DNA of 64,000 nt, from positions 128,001-192,000 of the forward strand of contig CAXXYE010000009.1 of NCBI GenBank assembly GCA_963674865.2, given 5' to 3'. How positions within the stretch are numbered: the first letter of the stretch is position 1; each line of letters begins with the position of its first letter. A program made the translations under genes and the position numbers. The notes beneath the pieces are model-generated. The model saw only the letters and a program-made list of their open reading frames with translations. It did not search any database and was not told the DNA's origin. Positions 59,719 through 64,000 of this stretch are shown one piece after another. The stretch is from Candidatus Hydrogenedentota bacterium. GTDB lineage: Bacteria; Hydrogenedentota; Hydrogenedentia; Hydrogenedentales; SLHB01.

Positions 59719-61430
59719 TGACCACACCGGAGGGAGAGGTCCCCGAAGCCGCGCCGCCGCCCTCTGTGCCGGTGACTGATGCCGCCACGCGCCGGCGGGC
59801 CCTGCCGCGGCGTATGCTGGCCGCACTTATGCTCGTCGCCGCGGCATTGATCGTGTACGACGTCGTGGCGGGGCGTCTCGCCACCAATGAGGCCGCGGCA
59901 ACACCCCGTGATCCGGAAACCGGCATCATGGCAGGCGCAGAGCCGCGCGATTTGGGCCCCGAAAACGCAAAGGGCGCGGTGCTCTTCGTGCATGGCTTCG
60001 CGGGTGCGGCGAACAACTTCGCCGATGTGCCCGACCGGCTTGCCGCGCGCGGCTGGCGCGTCCGCGTCATGCGTTTGCCCGGCCATGGAACAACGCCGCG
60101 AGACTTCGCTGAGCAAAATCCAGACGATCTTCTGGCCGCCGTGCAGGCCGAGATCGACGCCCTGACCGCCAAACATGACAAAGTCATCCTGATTGGCCAC
60201 TCCATGGGAGGCGCCCTCAGTACGCTCGCCGCGTCCCACGCGGACGTAGACGGACTCGTGCTCGCCGCCCCCTACTTCGGAGTCACGTATCACTGGTTCT
60301 ACCTTTTGCCTCCCGAGGTCTGGACGGAGATTGCCCGGCCCATCATCCCCTGGATCTACAAGGGCAAGCTCTTCATGCAAGTCAATCGCGTGGAAGCCAA
60401 AGACAGAATCGTCTCCTACAATTGGATTCCGACGCGCGCCAGCGTCACCCTTGCCCGCATCGGCCGCAGCGCCAAGCGGCCCGCCGTACTCAAGCAGATC
60501 ACATGCCCTGTGTTGCTGCTGCATTCGATGGGCGACAAGGCCGCATCCCCCAAAGCCGCGGCGCGCGCCTTTGCCGCCCTCGGCGCGGAGCAGAAGCGCG
60601 CCGTGTGGCTCGAACGCTCCAATCACCACATCTTCTGGGACTTCGAGCGGGAGGAGGTGGCCCGCGAGATCCTCAACTTCGTCGGCGCCCCACCGGGAGA
60701 ATCCCCGGAGGTAGAGGCACGCGCAGAATCAGTACGAAAGGAAGAACCAATGGCGAACGACGTCTCGTATCTCGTGCGACGAGCCACACGGACCCCGGCT
60801 TTGGATGGCCAGTGGGACGCGCCCCCATGGAACGAAGCAGACACCTTGGCGGTCACCCACTTCCATCCGGACAGCAGCGACCACCGGCCCGTCACCCGGG
60901 CGCGGCTCTTATACGACAAGGACGGCCTGTACGTCATGTTCCGCGTCGAGGATCGCTACGTCCGGTGCATCCACTGCGGCTACCAGGCGGACGTCTACAA
61001 GGATGCCTGCGCGGAGTTCTTCGCCCGGCCTCGGCCGGACAAGGGATACTTCAATTTCGAGATGAACTGCGGCGGCTCGCTATTGCTCAAGTATATCGAG
61101 GATTCGCGCCGGGGCCCGGGAGGATTCGCGAAATCCCTCGACGTTCCCGCGGAGATAGCGCAACGAATAAGGATTTACCATGAACTGCCGGAGCGAATCG
61201 ATCCCGAAATGCCGGACGCCATCACGTGGACGATAGCGTATGTTATCCCATTCAACCTATTCGAGGAGTACGTCGGCCCCTTGGAAGATGTTAGCGGCAT
61301 GACGTGGCGGGCGAACTTCTACAAGTGCGCCGAAGACAACTCCCATCCCCATTGGGCCGCTTGGTCGTCTGTCGGTGAAGAGAAGAACTTCCACCAACCC
61401 GATCGCTTCGGCGAAATCCGGTTCGAGTAG
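59718..61430 (+). CDS. Alpha/beta-hydrolase (esterase/lysophospholipase-like) fused to a CBM9-like domain
   Basis: VHGF, LPGHG, GHSMGG, LLLHSMGD, SNHH; then PALDGQWD, ARLLYD, YFNFEMN, WRANFYKC, FHQPDRFG; TAATG overlap with aas. Confidence 0.75.
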   Translation: MTTPEGEVPEAAPPPSVPVTDAATRRRALPRRMLAALMLVAAALIVYDVVAGRLATNEAAATPRDPETGIMAGAEPRDLGPENAKGAVLFVHGFAGAANNFADVPDRLAARGWRVRVMRLPGHGTTPRDFAEQNPDDLLAAVQAEIDALTAKHDKVILIGHSMGGALSTLAASHADVDGLVLAAPYFGVTYHWFYLLPPEVWTEIARPIIPWIYKGKLFMQVNRVEAKDRIVSYNWIPTRASVTLARIGRSAKRPAVLKQITCPVLLLHSMGDKAASPKAAARAFAALGAEQKRAVWLERSNHHIFWDFEREEVAREILNFVGAPPGESPEVEARAESVRKEEPMANDVSYLVRRATRTPALDGQWDAPPWNEADTLAVTHFHPDSSDHRPVTRARLLYDKDGLYVMFRVEDRYVRCIHCGYQADVYKDACAEFFARPRPDKGYFNFEMNCGGSLLLKYIEDSRRGPGGFAKSLDVPAEIAQRIRIYHELPERIDPEMPDAITWTIAYVIPFNLFEEYVGPLEDVSGMTWRANFYKCAEDNSHPHWAAWSSVGEEKNFHQPDRFGEIRFE

Positions 61431-61460
61431 GAGATAGGCGCGCGCGCGATCAGGTGTGAG

Positions 61461-61946
61461 CTACTTGGAGTAATCGGGACTCACAAAGCGCTTCCTGATC
61501 TTGGACTTGCGCGGTGACTTGCGATGCCGCTTTGTCGAGTCGCTCGACTTGTGAAGCTTGGACAACTCCGTTTGGTAATCGCCCTTGACGACACGGCTCT
61601 TCTCCTTGAGCCGCTTCCGAGTCGGTTTGAGCCGCGCCTTTGTTCTCTTGCCGGCCTCTTCCGCCCCCTTCTTATCCCAAGAAGCCTTGCGCGCAAAATC
61701 GCTCTTCCCCTTGAGAAGCGCCTGGCGCGCCTCCTTCTCGGCGCGCTTCTTCTCGGTGGAGGCCGTGCGCTTCGTCCGGCGCGTGAGATCCCGTAAGGGC
61801 TGAAGCGCACCCTTGACCTCGTTCGTCACGCCTTGAACGACCCCCTTCACCATCCGGATCGGCCCCGCGTGGGCAACCGGCGCTACCAACAGAAACGCCG
61901 CTGTAAACGCCAGCGCCGCACCCACCCGATGTACTCTCATCGTCAC
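61461..61946 (-). CDS. Exported Lys/Arg-rich hypothetical protein
   Basis: Signal peptide ending AHA; very basic low-complexity mature region. Confidence 0.55.
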   Translation of the reverse strand: MTMRVHRVGAALAFTAAFLLVAPVAHAGPIRMVKGVVQGVTNEVKGALQPLRDLTRRTKRTASTEKKRAEKEARQALLKGKSDFARKASWDKKGAEEAGKRTKARLKPTRKRLKEKSRVVKGDYQTELSKLHKSSDSTKRHRKSPRKSKIRKRFVSPDYSK

Positions 61947-62092
61947 CGCTTCGTCGCCTCCTGCCGGGCCGTCAGGCCTCCATCGAGTCTAGCGCAGGCC
62001 GGTTTGCTTTGCAAGAGAACCTTTCTTGCGCGTACCCTAGAGGTGCGGCCAGAAAGCCACCGGATAATGGAGACTGAGCGAGGAGGAATTCC

Positions 62093-62659
62093 GTGCACGA
62101 GTCACTTGGAGCCAAGACTATCCTTTATCCCACACCCCTACTTGTTGTCGGAAGCTACGACCCCGAAGGCCGGCCCAATATCATGGCCGTGGCATGGGGC
62201 GGCCTCTGCTGCAGCCAGCCGCCGTGCGTCGCCGTTTCCTTGCGGGAGGCCACCTATAGCTACGGCAATATCACTCATTCACGCGCCTTCACGGTGAATG
62301 TCCCCGCCGCGAGCCAAGTCAAAGAGGCGGACTATGCCGGACTATGCTCCGGCAGGGACGTTGACAAATTCGAGGCGGCCGGCCTGACACCCATCAAGAG
62401 CGATTTAGTGAACGCCCCGTACATCGAGGAATTCCCGCTCGTCCTCGAGTGCGAGGTGCGCCACGTGGTGGATATCGGCCTTCACAAGCAGTTCATCGGC
62501 GAGATCCTCGACGTCAAGGCCGACAAGGCCATCCTCGACGCCAAAGGCAACATCGACGTATCGAAGCTCCAGCCCATTGCATTCGCCCCGGGAGATCGCG
62601 GCTACTACCGCGTCGGCGAATTCGTCGGCAAGGCCTTCTCCATCGGCAAGAGAGATTAG
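62093..62659 (+). CDS. Flavin reductase-like protein (flavoredoxin family)
   Basis: YPTP..VVGSYD, NIMAVAWGG, FTVNVP, APYIEEFP..LEC, HKQFIGEI. Confidence 0.9.
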   Translation: MHESLGAKTILYPTPLLVVGSYDPEGRPNIMAVAWGGLCCSQPPCVAVSLREATYSYGNITHSRAFTVNVPAASQVKEADYAGLCSGRDVDKFEAAGLTPIKSDLVNAPYIEEFPLVLECEVRHVVDIGLHKQFIGEILDVKADKAILDAKGNIDVSKLQPIAFAPGDRGYYRVGEFVGKAFSIGKRD

Positions 62660-62671
62660 TCGGATATCCAG

Positions 62672-63586
62672 CTACTCCTCCGGAGTCTCCCCGATAGCGT
62701 CGAGGCGCTTCTTTGCCTCCTCATACACATCGGCAGGCAACGGCCCGCGCAAGGCCGTCGTGACGTTCTCCTGGAGATGCTTGGGAGACAAGGTGCCGAC
62801 GATGGTCGTGTGACAGTGGGGGTGGGACAGCGTGAACCGCAAGAGAAACGCAGTCCGGCTCTCGCCCGGCTCGAGAAGCTCATCGAGCTTGGCCTGCTCG
62901 AATCGATCCCAGCCGTCGAAGGTGTTGCCGCCGGCCTCACCCGGCTCCCCCTTTGCGACGCCCCCGCGGATGATGACGCCCGCCCCCGCCTCGCCGGCCT
63001 TCGTGATCAGGTGCTCGTGCTGCCGTTGGAGCGCTGAGTAGGGGATCTGGAAAGTATCGAACACGCCCCACTGAATATACGTGCCGAGATGGGGGCTTGT
63101 GGAGGAGCAACCTATGAACTTCACAACGCCTTGCTCCCGCAGCTCTTTGAGAACGTCTACGAGGGCGTACTCCTCACATTGCTCCACGGACGGATTGTGC
63201 AGTTGCAACACGTCAACGCAATCCGTCTGCATCTTCAGGAGGGAATCGGCGATGTTCCGCAAGAGATTCTCGCGCGTCCAATAGTGGGGCGTCTCGTCGT
63301 GGTCGCCCGCAAAGGTCATATGGCAACCGCACTTGGTGGCGAGGTAGAAGGCATCGCGCCGTTGGGCCAAATACCTGCCGATGTACAACTCACTCTTGCC
63401 GTAGTCGTTCGCCGTATCGACGAAGTTGATGCCCGCGTCGAGCACCATATTCAGAATAGTGCGGGCCTGGCCGTCATCGCAGGGACGTCCGTTCCAAATA
63501 CGTTTGCCGCGCACTTCCATCGCTCCGTATCCAAGCTGAGTTACCTCAAGTCCGGTTCGTCCAAGCGTCCTTCTAGGCAGTGACAT
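62672..63586 (-). CDS. Aldo/keto reductase
   Basis: LGRTGLEVTQLGYG, GINFVDTANDYG, LATKCG, DVLQLH. Confidence 0.9.
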   Translation of the reverse strand: MSLPRRTLGRTGLEVTQLGYGAMEVRGKRIWNGRPCDDGQARTILNMVLDAGINFVDTANDYGKSELYIGRYLAQRRDAFYLATKCGCHMTFAGDHDETPHYWTRENLLRNIADSLLKMQTDCVDVLQLHNPSVEQCEEYALVDVLKELREQGVVKFIGCSSTSPHLGTYIQWGVFDTFQIPYSALQRQHEHLITKAGEAGAGVIIRGGVAKGEPGEAGGNTFDGWDRFEQAKLDELLEPGESRTAFLLRFTLSHPHCHTTIVGTLSPKHLQENVTTALRGPLPADVYEEAKKRLDAIGETPEE

Positions 63587-63879
63587 GATCGGCTCCTCCT
63601 GTTGTGTCCGGCAGGTATTGAGACAACGCACAGCAAACCTGAGGCTATTCCAGCCCGCTCGTGCGATTGTCTGGCCCGCCCATCGGGAGTATACTCACTC
63701 CCGTCCTGGGATGCTCGGTGCCATCTTGCGTGAACGCGCAACCTGTTTCATAGTTGCCTCAGCGATCAGGTATGATGACAGCCGGGCTGCGGGTCTGTAG
63801 GAGTCCGGCCGGTGTAGGCGCATGAGCTTCCGTCGCTGGTTCTGCCCGCTAAACAAAACGAATCGATGAGGAGAGAGCC

Positions 63880-64000
63880 ATGAAGTTCAAGCTGGAGGGG
63901 ATCATTCCTGCCATTCTGACTCCGTTCACCAAAGGTGGGGAGCAAGTCGACTACGAAAAAGCGTGCGCCTTGGCCACGCGGCTGGCGGATCAAGGAGTAG
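63880..64000 (+). CDS. Dihydrodipicolinate synthase / N-acetylneuraminate lyase family, 5' part (truncated by window edge)
   Basis: MKFKLEGIIPAILTPFTKGGEQVDYE after GAGGAG SD. Confidence 0.75.
   Translation, partial: MKFKLEGIIPAILTPFTKGGEQVDYEKACALATRLADQGV

Noticed and set aside
63780..63879. Lysine riboswitch ahead of the DHDPS-family gene
   Set aside because: The leader is too short and lacks the conserved AGAGG.GC opening and multi-stem pattern.

Overview
GC-rich chromosomal window from a diderm bacterium. The gene content (Tat-exported sulfatases, GH42/GH127/GH88-like hydrolases, PQQ-repeat/malectin and SGNH-TPR proteins, RND pump, flagellin) resembles Hydrogenedentota/PVC-type polysaccharide degraders; this is inference, and no marker gene is present. 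There are about 45 protein genes, mostly carbohydrate, lipid, envelope and redox functions, including gmd, fcl, gpsA, tpx, sixA, a ytxJ-like gene and aas. Mobile DNA comprises one intact IS30-family element, a collapsed REP/IS200-like (RAYT) remnant and a candidate 129-bp MITE. No rRNA, tRNA or CRISPR array was seen. The most notable unannotated signals are: (1) a self-contained transcription unit (promoter, strong SD, hairpin) for a 26-aa anionic, amphipathic peptide with 11-residue periodicity, just upstream of an orphan minimal flagellin; (2) a 17-28 bp intergenic motif shared by three unrelated promoters; (3) an ECF sigma factor paired with an anti-sigma/VWA protein whose membrane helix looks like a type IV pilin helix; (4) a very small PD-(D/E)XK nuclease translationally coupled to a Dam-type methylase; (5) two in-frame gene fusions that retain internal SD+ATG starts. 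All product calls come from motif recognition by eye; no database search was run.
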